Positions 1 to 7,274 of a stretch of 61,491 bases of DNA are shown in pieces; position 1 is the first letter of the stretch, and every line of letters begins with the position of its first letter. The notes beneath the pieces were generated by a model. It was not told the DNA's origin. It made no database searches and was given only the letters and a program-made list of their open reading frames with translations. The translations under genes and the position numbers were made by a program. Origin of the DNA: Candidatus Falkowbacteria bacterium UBA2355 (GTDB lineage: Bacteria; Patescibacteriota; Patescibacteriia; Patescibacteriales; Patescibacteriaceae); the NCBI GenBank assembly GCA_002344425.1, contig DDTV01000037.1:1-61491 (forward strand), read 5' to 3'.

Positions 1-309
1 AAACCTTGTATTGCCGAAGGATCAGTGGTGCTTCATTTAAATGATCAAGACAGCATGGAAGATGAGCCCAAATTTGTTCATACTGTTTTTTATCATTTTT
101 ATCGCAATGAAGACTATGCCTTTCTTGAACCCGAACATACTTTAGGAGAAAATAAGGTCATAGCCAAAAATATTTACGGTAGCCGGATTAAAATCTTAGA
201 CAAGCTAGTTCATTTAATGAAGCGGGCCCAAACGTATAAACTCAAACCAGAGAAATTATTAGATCGTTATTTCAACACAATCAAACTACCTTTGTCAGTC
301 GACTATTAA
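1..309 (+). CDS. Hypothetical protein, 5'-truncated by window edge
   Basis: Frame is open from base 1 to TAA at 307-309 and is followed by a terminator hairpin; no recognisable motif. Confidence 0.6.
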   Translation, partial: KPCIAEGSVVLHLNDQDSMEDEPKFVHTVFYHFYRNEDYAFLEPEHTLGENKVIAKNIYGSRIKILDKLVHLMKRAQTYKLKPEKLLDRYFNTIKLPLSVDY

Positions 310-324
310 TATATAGCGGTTAAC

Positions 325-356
325 AAAACGGGGCTTCCAGAGGAAGTCCCGTTTTT
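325..356. terminator. Bidirectional intrinsic terminator
   Basis: AAAACGGGGCTTCC-aga-GGAAGTCCCGTTTT inverted repeat with A/T tails between convergent genes. Confidence 0.8.
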
Positions 357-373
357 AATTGGTTGAAAGGATT

Positions 374-910
374 TTATAAAGAATCCTGACCGTCTTCAAC
401 CATTATATTGCTCGAACCGGTCGTACTTTGGAGTTGGCCGCAAACTTTAAGGTCAGCTTTGTATTTGGTCCAAGCCGCCTTGTGCGCTGTTTTAGCTGTT
501 TCAGCGCTGGCTTTTACTGATTTTTTGAAAGTATCAAGACAGGCGCGATTAGCTTCACGCTGTTCAGCGGCAGTAGCTTTATCAATCGCCGCTTTTTGAC
601 AAGTCGTTCGGGCATCAATCGCCGCGGTCATGGCGTTGGAATTGGCCGTAATAGCCGCCTTAAGAGAAATATCCTTTGTTTCAATGGCGGTTTTGACACA
701 GGCAGCGGCTTCCGGTCGGACCAAGACAAAACTGTTGTCGCGGCGGCGACCAAACAAATCTTTGCCGCGCTTGATAATATCTTTAAACTCTTTAATTTGT
801 GAAGGACCCGGAACTTTTTCCCGATCGTCATTGGGTTCGTTCTCCCTTGCCAAGGCGATTGAACCGACGATTAAGGACAGCGCGACAAGCGCGATGATAC
901 TCTTTTTCAT
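374..910 (-). CDS. Secreted alpha-helical hypothetical protein
   Basis: Signal peptide MKKSIIALVALSLIVGSIALA; Ala/Lys-rich helical body with spaced Cys. Confidence 0.75.
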   Translation of the reverse strand: MKKSIIALVALSLIVGSIALARENEPNDDREKVPGPSQIKEFKDIIKRGKDLFGRRRDNSFVLVRPEAAACVKTAIETKDISLKAAITANSNAMTAAIDARTTCQKAAIDKATAAEQREANRACLDTFKKSVKASAETAKTAHKAAWTKYKADLKVCGQLQSTTGSSNIMVEDGQDSL

Positions 911-1044
911 AATATGCTTAATTTAATGCCAAAATGGCTTAATTAATAAACCCAGAAAATTAAACGAAAAACTCTTACTATTGTTTCATCGACGTTGGAA
1001 CGGTAATTTGCTAATATTAAGATAGCTATATAATTATACACCCT

Positions 1045-1335
1045 ATGAGCGAAACCTTTAATCTTTCATTTGATAAGTCAAATCTTCAACATATTGAAGA
1101 TTCGCACTTAACAGAACTTAGTAATTTCGAGTCGCAGGTCAACAATCCTTCTTTGAACGACAAGATCGTCGAAGATCAATTTTGGGCACTCTGCGCTGAA
1201 GGAGATGATAATAAAATAAAACAGGCAATTGCTTTATTTAAGAGCAGTCGAGAAGATTACTATAAAAAAGAAATTGAAGACGCTTTGTTAAATGATAAGC
1301 GCTTCGCACATTTTGTGGAGATAGAGACAGCCTAG
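1045..1335 (+). CDS. Hypothetical acidic protein
   Basis: 96-aa ATG ORF ending 4 nt before the EamA gene; TATAAT-like box just upstream. Confidence 0.6.
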   Translation: MSETFNLSFDKSNLQHIEDSHLTELSNFESQVNNPSLNDKIVEDQFWALCAEGDDNKIKQAIALFKSSREDYYKKEIEDALLNDKRFAHFVEIETA

Positions 1336-1339
1336 ATTT

Positions 1340-2206
1340 ATGGGCAGTGTCTTTGCTTTACTTGCTTTTGTCGCTTGGGGCTTAGGCGACTTTCTAATTC
1401 AAAAAACCACGCGTCGTTTCGGCGATTGGTTGTCATTATTTTACATTACCGCTTCGGCGGCGATTATTTTATTTCCTTTTGTTTATCGCGATATCCCGGA
1501 ATTGTTTGCGATTGAAACTTTGCCCGACCTGCGCATTTTATTATTAGCTAGTATTGTTTCTACAATAGCGGCTTTATGTCTTTTCGAAGGTTTGAAGCGC
1601 GGTAAGATTGCGATTATCGATCCGATCTTTGCTTTTGAAGTTGTTGTCACCGCCTTATTAGCCCGAATATTTTTAGGCGAGCAACTTATTCCTTTGCAAT
1701 TTATTTGCGTTGGTATTCTAGTGCTCGGTATTATTTTAATTTCAATTAAATCTTTTTCCCATTTTAAAAATATCAAGCTTGAGTCGGGCATAATTTTTGC
1801 AATTTTTGCAACTTTGGCAATGGGCGCGGAAAATTTTCTCAATGGTTTGGGCGCGCGCTTGACCGATGCCTTGATGGTTAATTGGTTTATCAGCGTTTTT
1901 ATTACTCTAGTAACTTTTTCCTATATTGCTTTTAGGGGTCAATTAAGAGAAATGATTGTTGATATTAAACGGCGACCGGGATTAATAGCCGCCGTATCAC
2001 TGGCTGATAATCTCGGTTGGATTGCATATTCTTACAGCATGACTTATATCCCAATCGCCTTGGCGACCGGCATCAGCGAAGGCTATATTGCCCTTGCGGC
2101 TATGCTCGGTTTGTTCATCAATAAAGAAAAAATAAAAAAACACCAATTTTTAGGATTGGTGATTACTATCGGCGCCGCCTTGATATTGGCTTTTAATACC
2201 GGCTGA
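1340..2206 (+). CDS. DMT/EamA family transporter
   Basis: About 10 hydrophobic segments; AWGLGDF start, FLGEQL and NKEKI...G EamA repeat-end motifs. Confidence 0.85.
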   Translation: MGSVFALLAFVAWGLGDFLIQKTTRRFGDWLSLFYITASAAIILFPFVYRDIPELFAIETLPDLRILLLASIVSTIAALCLFEGLKRGKIAIIDPIFAFEVVVTALLARIFLGEQLIPLQFICVGILVLGIILISIKSFSHFKNIKLESGIIFAIFATLAMGAENFLNGLGARLTDALMVNWFISVFITLVTFSYIAFRGQLREMIVDIKRRPGLIAAVSLADNLGWIAYSYSMTYIPIALATGISEGYIALAAMLGLFINKEKIKKHQFLGLVITIGAALILAFNTG

Positions 2207-2210
2207 TTTT

Positions 2211-2705
2211 TCAGGGTTGGAATAATTCTTCCGGCTCGAACCTGACTGATTGAACGCCGTTGAATTGTTTGGCGGTGGCTTCGATTTGAGCCCAAAGAAT
2301 CGCCGCGCGGCAGGCGCCGCCGCCGGTTTTGTTTTGCGGGTCAAGGAAGCGAAGGGTTAAAACTCCTTCGGTCAAATCAAATGATTCGAGACGGACGCCG
2401 GGCAAGGGAAATTCGGTCGTAATACCTTGTTCTTTTTCCGCGGCAGTTAACTCGCCTTTAAGTAATAAATCGAGCGTGTCTTTCAGTATCGTATTGCTCG
2501 GCGCGATGACGCTCTCAACGCCGACCAGACCTTGCGCCGAGCACAAAATATTACCACTCGCGTCTTTATCTTTATCCGCAGAGTAATAGTAGAGCGTCAC
2601 TTTTGAGGCCTCGAGCGGCTCAAGGGCCTCATCAGGAATAATAACGCGGCTGGTTGAGCAGGCACTTAATAGTAAAATAAAAAAAATTAAAAAAATAAAT
2701 TTCAT
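2211..2705 (-). CDS. GerMN-domain lipoprotein
   Basis: Start re-called at ATG 2705 (MKFIFLIFFILLLSAC lipobox); LLLKGELTAAEKEQG, GGACRAAILWAQIEATAKQFNGVQSV and ELFQP GerMN-type motifs. Confidence 0.8.
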   Translation of the reverse strand: MKFIFLIFFILLLSACSTSRVIIPDEALEPLEASKVTLYYYSADKDKDASGNILCSAQGLVGVESVIAPSNTILKDTLDLLLKGELTAAEKEQGITTEFPLPGVRLESFDLTEGVLTLRFLDPQNKTGGGACRAAILWAQIEATAKQFNGVQSVRFEPEELFQP

Positions 2706-2727
2706 ATAGGGGGATATTTTTAAGTTT

Positions 2728-2755
2728 TGGGTCGTTGATGAACTTATCTTATAAT
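2728..2755. repeat. 28-bp direct repeat, copy A
   Basis: TGGGTCGTTGATGAACTTATCTTATAAT; 14 nt downstream of the stop of the 2770-3441 gene. Confidence 0.9.
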
Positions 2756-2769
2756 CAAGCATTAAGATG

Positions 2770-3441
2770 CTAGGCAGCCTGGTCCATTTCGTCGAAATTC
2801 TCGTCTATGTTATCTTCAGTTGTTTCGACTTCTTTCGACTTATTCATATATTCGACCAATAACCCGAGGATCATTTGCTTTACTTCGGGGTTAGAATTGT
2901 AGAAGATATCTTTTTCCACTACTTCTCCATGGAACTGCGATAATATTTTTTTATCTATTATAACCTCATTCCAGCAGGGCATTTTACGGAGGGTTTCGGC
3001 TAAATCATCAGTAATAGCTAGTACTGCGGGAATTTTTTCGCTTTTACCAAGAGAAAGAAATAGGTCATAGCCTCCTCGCATGGTTTTAGGAGCAAAGTGC
3101 GTCGGCGTAAATACGTTATATTTATTAAATCCAAGAATAAAGCCTTTTTCTTTATCTCCAAAGGCATATGTTTTATCCGTGCTGCCGTTTTCAAAAAAAT
3201 GTCGGATAAAGGCTTCTTGAGGAAGCGGGTCGCGTCCACGGCGTTCCATCGCGCTAGAGTACCAGGAATAAATGTCATTAACGGAGACTTCCTTATATAT
3301 TTCTTCAGTGTCTACTAAAGAAAATTCTTTAGATTTTTTTTCACTGCTTTCTTTTTCATTATTAGCCTCTAGTAGCCCTTCGTTAATCTGAGACTCAATT
3401 TCTGATTTAGTGAATGGGTTCCAAAATTTTTCATTATTCAT
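2770..3441 (-). CDS. Hypothetical protein (repeat-flanked cassette gene)
   Basis: 223-aa AT-rich ORF with acidic termini, lying between repeat copies B and A. Confidence 0.75.
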   Translation of the reverse strand: MNNEKFWNPFTKSEIESQINEGLLEANNEKESSEKKSKEFSLVDTEEIYKEVSVNDIYSWYSSAMERRGRDPLPQEAFIRHFFENGSTDKTYAFGDKEKGFILGFNKYNVFTPTHFAPKTMRGGYDLFLSLGKSEKIPAVLAITDDLAETLRKMPCWNEVIIDKKILSQFHGEVVEKDIFYNSNPEVKQMILGLLVEYMNKSKEVETTEDNIDENFDEMDQAA

Positions 3442-3453
3442 AGGTATATTTTT

Positions 3454-3481
3454 TGGGTCGTGAATCGACTTATTTTATAAC
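3454..3481. repeat. 28-bp direct repeat, copy B (most diverged)
   Basis: TGGGTCGTGAATCGACTTATTTTATAAC; aligns without gaps to the other copies and contains the stop codon of the 3470-4105 gene. Confidence 0.85.
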
Positions 3482-4105
3482 TGTAAATAAGCGGGTAGCT
3501 TTTGATAGGCATTCTTTGAAATCCTTTCCCATATCTATATAAGTCAGATTTTGTTTTTTGGCTTCTTTCCTAAAATATGAACTATAGGCCGATATCATCC
3601 CCGCGATTTTATAGTATATTCTTTCATCCTTAGTCTTTGTAACAAACCAATCTGTCGGCGAAGAATACGTGCGGGCCGATGTTACGATTTCGTTTATATT
3701 TTCACGTCCGAGAAAGACTGATTTGAGTTTCTGGTGTTTTTTCATGAGTCGTTTTACCAGCCGGGGATGGATGTGATGACCCTCGATAATGAAATTATGC
3801 TCGTTGTACGTTTCTTCGACTATGAACAACTCTATCGCTGGCCAGACGGTTTTTGCTTGGGTTATATATGCACGGGATATTTGAAGGGCAGTATAGCGAG
3901 TATACATCTTGTCATTGCTCTGTCGGGTCCTTTCCCGCAGTATGTTCTTTGGAAAGAGTTTCGGGTAGCGGTTTCGGGGGACATATCGCGAAACAATAGT
4001 TTCGAGCGTATCGGTCGAAATCCACGGTATGTTCATTTTTTTAGCCAATTGCTTGGCTAAAAGCGTCTTGCCTGACCGCGGCGAACCGCCAATAAGATAT
4101 ATCAT
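3470..4105 (-). CDS. P-loop nucleotide/2-phosphoglycerate kinase-like protein (cassette gene)
   Basis: MIYLIGGSPRSGKT Walker A, ISTD motif, FIIEG Walker-B-like strand. Confidence 0.75.
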   Translation of the reverse strand: MIYLIGGSPRSGKTLLAKQLAKKMNIPWISTDTLETIVSRYVPRNRYPKLFPKNILRERTRQSNDKMYTRYTALQISRAYITQAKTVWPAIELFIVEETYNEHNFIIEGHHIHPRLVKRLMKKHQKLKSVFLGRENINEIVTSARTYSSPTDWFVTKTKDERIYYKIAGMISAYSSYFRKEAKKQNLTYIDMGKDFKECLSKATRLFTVIK

Positions 4106-4111
4106 ACTATC

Positions 4112-4120
4112 AGTATACCA
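4112..4120 (-). promoter_or_regulatory. Extended -10 promoter, probably giving a leaderless mRNA
   Basis: Minus strand TGGTATACT followed by 6 nt and then the ATG at 4105. Confidence 0.55.
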
Positions 4121-4145
4121 AAAACAGCCCGAAAAGGCTGCTTTT
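4120..4145 (-). terminator. Intrinsic terminator
   Basis: Minus strand CAGCC-ttttcg-GGCTG followed by TTTTT. Confidence 0.6.
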
Positions 4146-4150
4146 GTGTT

Positions 4151-4178
4151 TGGGTCGTTGATGGATTTATCTTATAAT
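4151..4178. repeat. 28-bp direct repeat, copy C
   Basis: TGGGTCGTTGATGGATTTATCTTATAAT; overlaps the last base of the stop codon of the 4178-4447 gene. Confidence 0.9.
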
Positions 4179-4447
4179 TATTTTATTCCACAACAGTCCG
4201 AAGGTATTCTTTCATTTATCCGACCGTCTTCATAGAGCCCCCTTCCTTGTTTACAGGAATAGGTGACCCCAAAACAGGTAGAATTAAAACTGAGCCATGC
4301 TTCATTTTTATATTTTTTGTAGCCTAAACACCGACAGTCAGCAAGACTTGCTTCATCAGTTTGATTGAAGATGCCTGACCCGCTCTTCTTGGGGAAAAAG
4401 AACGCTACTATAAGTAGTATTATTATAAACAAGATAAACTTTTTCAT
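4178..4447 (-). CDS. Small exported Cys-rich protein (cassette gene)
   Basis: MKKFILFIIILLIVAFFFP anchor/signal; six Cys (CRC, C, C, CC). Confidence 0.7.
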   Translation of the reverse strand: MKKFILFIIILLIVAFFFPKKSGSGIFNQTDEASLADCRCLGYKKYKNEAWLSFNSTCFGVTYSCKQGRGLYEDGRINERIPSDCCGIK

Positions 4448-4451
4448 ATTA

Positions 4452-4479
4452 TGGGTCGTTGATGGATTTATTTTATAAA
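4452..4479. repeat. 28-bp direct repeat, copy D
   Basis: TGGGTCGTTGATGGATTTATTTTATAAA; 1 nt from the cupin stop codon and 4 nt from the next ATG. Confidence 0.9.
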
Positions 4480-4480
4480 A

Positions 4481-4765
4481 TTATGTGTTGCCTCTATCTA
4501 TAACAATTTCTATATCAGTCAGAGCAATTAATTTATGATATGTATTTGAAGGAATTTCGAATTTTACCGGAGCTTTAACTATTTGTGTTTCGTCACCAAT
4601 TGTTAATTCTATTTCTCCTGCAACTAAATAAATAATTTCATGATCGTCATGTTGATGATTAGCGCTAATAGATCCTTTTTTCCGAAAAATAAAATTAGCC
4701 TTACCGCAATCGTAAATTACGCCTCGTTCATCAGATTTAATAATTTTTATTTCTTCTAGCTTCAT
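4481..4765 (-). CDS. Cupin-domain protein (cassette gene)
   Basis: Start re-called at ATG 4765 because the longer ORF overlaps the tRNA; HQH...E..Y...G and IPSNTYH cupin metal motifs. Confidence 0.8.
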   Translation of the reverse strand: MKLEEIKIIKSDERGVIYDCGKANFIFRKKGSISANHQHDDHEIIYLVAGEIELTIGDETQIVKAPVKFEIPSNTYHKLIALTDIEIVIDRGNT

Positions 4766-4766
4766 T

Positions 4767-4840
4767 TGGGTGCCTAGAGGGAATTGAACCCTCGCTAACG
4801 GGACCACAACCCGCTGTTCTACCATTAAACTATAGGCACC
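4767..4840 (-). tRNA. tRNA-His(GTG)
   Basis: GGTGCCTATAGTTTAATGGTAGAACAGCGGGTTGTGGTCCCGTTAGCGAGGGTTCAATTCCCTCTAGGCACCCA; cloverleaf with G-1/C73 identity and GTG anticodon. Confidence 0.95.
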
Positions 4841-4889
4841 ATATATTGCCTCATCGGCTTTCTGATAATGCTATATTTTCTCTAAAAAA

Positions 4890-6116
4890 TCAAGAGTGGC
4901 GTATAGCAAAGATAGTTTTATGCGCCAAACGGATAATCGAGTGCAAGGGGCGGCGGCGATATTTTTCTTCAACTAAAAATATTACCGCAAAGACAAAACT
5001 GACAAGACTGACTACACCGGCGACGATCAAGGCCAGACTAGGAGTAAGCGAAAAGATATAACCGAACATAATCGGTCCAATAATCATAGAAAGGGCGCTG
5101 ATGGCCGACAAGGCGCCCAGGGCGCCGCCTTGTTTGTTTTCTTCCGTCTTATGCGACAAGTCGCTTATCATAGTAATGCGCCAAGCCGGTCTGATTAATT
5201 GTTCAAGCAAGAAGCCGGCTAAGAAAATTCCGTACATTGGCGCCGCCATAAACAAGAAGCACAAGGCAATCAATAGCGGAAGAATAAAAATTATTTTATG
5301 TTCATTTAACAATTTCAGCCAAAAATATTTTAAGCCCGGCGTTTGGCTAATGGCGGACAAAAAAGCCCCGGCGGCAAAGAGAACGAGGATGGCGCTGGAG
5401 GGAATATTCATAATATCTTTCATATACAGAGTGAAGATGGCGTTGGTGCCGGACATAGCCAAACCGAAAATGAACCAAGACAAATATCCCGGAATGAGTA
5501 TTTTGTGAGTTCGCAATTCTTCGCGCAAGGAAAAATTTATCCGAGTTGTTTTGCTTGTTTTGCCGCCTTCATTGGGCAGAAAGACCAGCATACATAGCGC
5601 TATCAAAGCAAAGGCGAGCGCAATTATAAAATAGGCCAAGGAATAATTTTCATTGGCAAACAAGCTGGTTGCAAACGGTGCAAAAATCGCCGAAACGCTG
5701 ATTATGGTTCCGATAAATCCCAGCATGACGGTGCGATCGTTTTGCGCGTCTTTTCCAACAACGACATAGCTTTGGACTATGGGCAAACATGAAGCCGCCA
5801 ATCCCAAGAAAAGTGCCGCGATGATAAAGTCGCCCGTTGCTTGCGCACGAGACATTAAGAGCCAAGCGACAGCGCCGGCCAAAGCCGTACTGATAAGTAA
5901 TTTTTTACGGCCGATTTTATCCGACAGCCAGCCGCCGATGCTGGAACTTACTAATAGAGAAGCCGATAAAAAAGAAAAGAATGAGGCAATGACAATGGGC
6001 GCGATATTCGCTTGGCGCGCCTGCAGGGAAACCAAGGGAGGAAACAGCACGCCCCCGGCCGCTTCAATGAAAATTAAAGAGAATAACAAAATATATGTTG
6101 AGCGGGTGATTGGCAT
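4890..6116 (-). CDS. MFS transporter (DHA1/TetA-like)
   Basis: About 12 TM segments; motif A GWLSDKIGRKK; QGGALG...IIGP in the second half. Confidence 0.85.
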   Translation of the reverse strand: MPITRSTYILLFSLIFIEAAGGVLFPPLVSLQARQANIAPIVIASFFSFLSASLLVSSSIGGWLSDKIGRKKLLISTALAGAVAWLLMSRAQATGDFIIAALFLGLAASCLPIVQSYVVVGKDAQNDRTVMLGFIGTIISVSAIFAPFATSLFANENYSLAYFIIALAFALIALCMLVFLPNEGGKTSKTTRINFSLREELRTHKILIPGYLSWFIFGLAMSGTNAIFTLYMKDIMNIPSSAILVLFAAGAFLSAISQTPGLKYFWLKLLNEHKIIFILPLLIALCFLFMAAPMYGIFLAGFLLEQLIRPAWRITMISDLSHKTEENKQGGALGALSAISALSMIIGPIMFGYIFSLTPSLALIVAGVVSLVSFVFAVIFLVEEKYRRRPLHSIIRLAHKTIFAIRHS

Positions 6117-6126
6117 GGGAGTGATG

Positions 6127-6198
6127 TGCCCTCGGTAGGAATCGAACCTACATCTAGAGATTAGAAGTCTCCTGTTCTATCCATTGAACTACGAGGAC
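6127..6198 (-). tRNA. tRNA-Arg(TCT)
   Basis: GTCCTCGTAGTTCAATGGATAGAACAGGAGACTTCTAATCTCTAGATGTAGGTTCGATTCCTACCGAGGGCA; anticodon TCT; CCA not encoded. Confidence 0.95.
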
Positions 6199-6231
6199 GT
6201 TTCGTAAAATTAGCTAAAATTTGCCATTTTG

Positions 6232-7149
6232 TCAATTGCTTTTTCTGCGCTTGCCGTGAAAAGCTTGATAGACATCGCGCAGTTGCTGGTCGGTAATATG
6301 GGTATAGACCTGCGTTGTCGTAATCGACGAATGTCCGAGCATCGCCTGCACGCTTCTGATATCGGCGCCGTTCATCAATAAGTCGGTAGCATAGCTGTGG
6401 CGCATTGTATGGGGCGTTACCCGTTTCATAATTCCGGCCAGTCGCGCATAACGCGAAACAAGTCTTTCAATCGAGCGCGGCGTAATCGGGAAAAGCAATG
6501 GATTCGGATCAGTGCGGTCGGCCAAATATTTTTTTATCCAAAGTCGCGCGGTATCGGAAAGAAATACTAAGCGCAGTTTTGAACCTTTGCCTCGCACCGT
6601 AAATTCAGGTTTGTTCAGATTGATATCTTCAACTTTCAACTTAGCTAATTCGCTGACGCGCAGTCCGGTGGAAAATAAAGTTTCTAGCATCGCTTTATCA
6701 CGCAACTGTTGCAGGCCCTTGGCATGGTCTATTGGCATTTCCAAAATTCTTTCCAAATCAGAACCCTCGAGAAAATCAACTTGGCGCGGCGCCTGTTTGG
6801 CTAATTCGATCTTTTCCGGCTCAAGCGTTTTTACGTCGTTTTTAATCAGATATTTTAAAAAGGTGCGCAAGGCGATGAGGTGGTAGTTCTGCGTATTTTT
6901 TTTAATGTTGTCTTGCAAGCGCGCCGGAAGGCGATTAAGGTGGAGCCGGAATTGATGGACCAGCATTTTTGAAATCGCTTCAGGTTTCGCAACGCCGCGC
7001 TGGCGGGCAAAATCAGCAAAGCGCTTGAGAAAGAAACCGTAATTTCTTAAGGTGAGATTGGACAGGCCGCGTTCGACTTCGAGATATTCCAAAAAATCCG
7101 TGATGGCGCGGTCGAGCTGATTTATTTTTTTGGCGGTTTTCTCGCTCAT
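6232..7149 (-). CDS. XerC/XerD-family tyrosine recombinase
   Basis: N-terminal SAM-like domain (FLEYLEVERGLSNLTLRNY); catalytic residues in TGLRVSE, RGKGSK, HTMRH, LGH and TTQVY. Confidence 0.92.
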   Translation of the reverse strand: MSEKTAKKINQLDRAITDFLEYLEVERGLSNLTLRNYGFFLKRFADFARQRGVAKPEAISKMLVHQFRLHLNRLPARLQDNIKKNTQNYHLIALRTFLKYLIKNDVKTLEPEKIELAKQAPRQVDFLEGSDLERILEMPIDHAKGLQQLRDKAMLETLFSTGLRVSELAKLKVEDINLNKPEFTVRGKGSKLRLVFLSDTARLWIKKYLADRTDPNPLLFPITPRSIERLVSRYARLAGIMKRVTPHTMRHSYATDLLMNGADIRSVQAMLGHSSITTTQVYTHITDQQLRDVYQAFHGKRRKSN

Positions 7150-7217
7150 GTCTCATATTGTACGACGTCTTGATTTTTTTATCAATTTATAGTAAAGTAA
7201 TTTTATTCATTATTAAT

Positions 7218-7267
7218 GTCCCTTATCTTGGAGATGGCCCCGGCAGGGCCTTTCTCGGAAACGGGCC
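7218..7267 (+). promoter_or_regulatory. Candidate structured rpsO (S15) leader
   Basis: GC-rich nested stems GAGA.GGCCC-cggca-GGGCC.TTCTC in an AT-rich 5' region just before the rpsO ATG. Confidence 0.45.
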
Positions 7268-7274
7268 TTGAACT

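Noticed and set aside
1013-1044. Possible fifth, inverted repeat copy upstream of the 1045 gene (TAAGATA...ACCC)
   Set aside because: Similarity is limited to short AT-rich words with the wrong spacing; more likely a -10 promoter region.
2728-2755. Repeat as a canonical dif site
   Set aside because: Only one arm resembles a Xer box and the inner ATAA/TTAT symmetry is missing on the other arm, so it is kept only as a loose analogy.
2706-2762. N-terminal extension of the GerMN ORF
   Set aside because: It runs through repeat A; the lipoprotein signal peptide begins at ATG 2705.
2728-4479. 28-bp repeats as a CRISPR array
   Set aside because: The intervals are 301-726 bp and contain whole genes rather than 30-40 bp spacers; no cas genes are in the window.
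4766-4825. N-terminal extension of the cupin ORF (track 4481..4825)
   Set aside because: It is a translation of the tRNA-His gene; the real start is ATG 4765.
2728-7149. Classical integron (IntI plus attC)
   Set aside because: The repeat is too short and non-palindromic for attC, lacks RYYYAAC/GTTRRRY ends, and the recombinase lacks the IntI-specific insertion.
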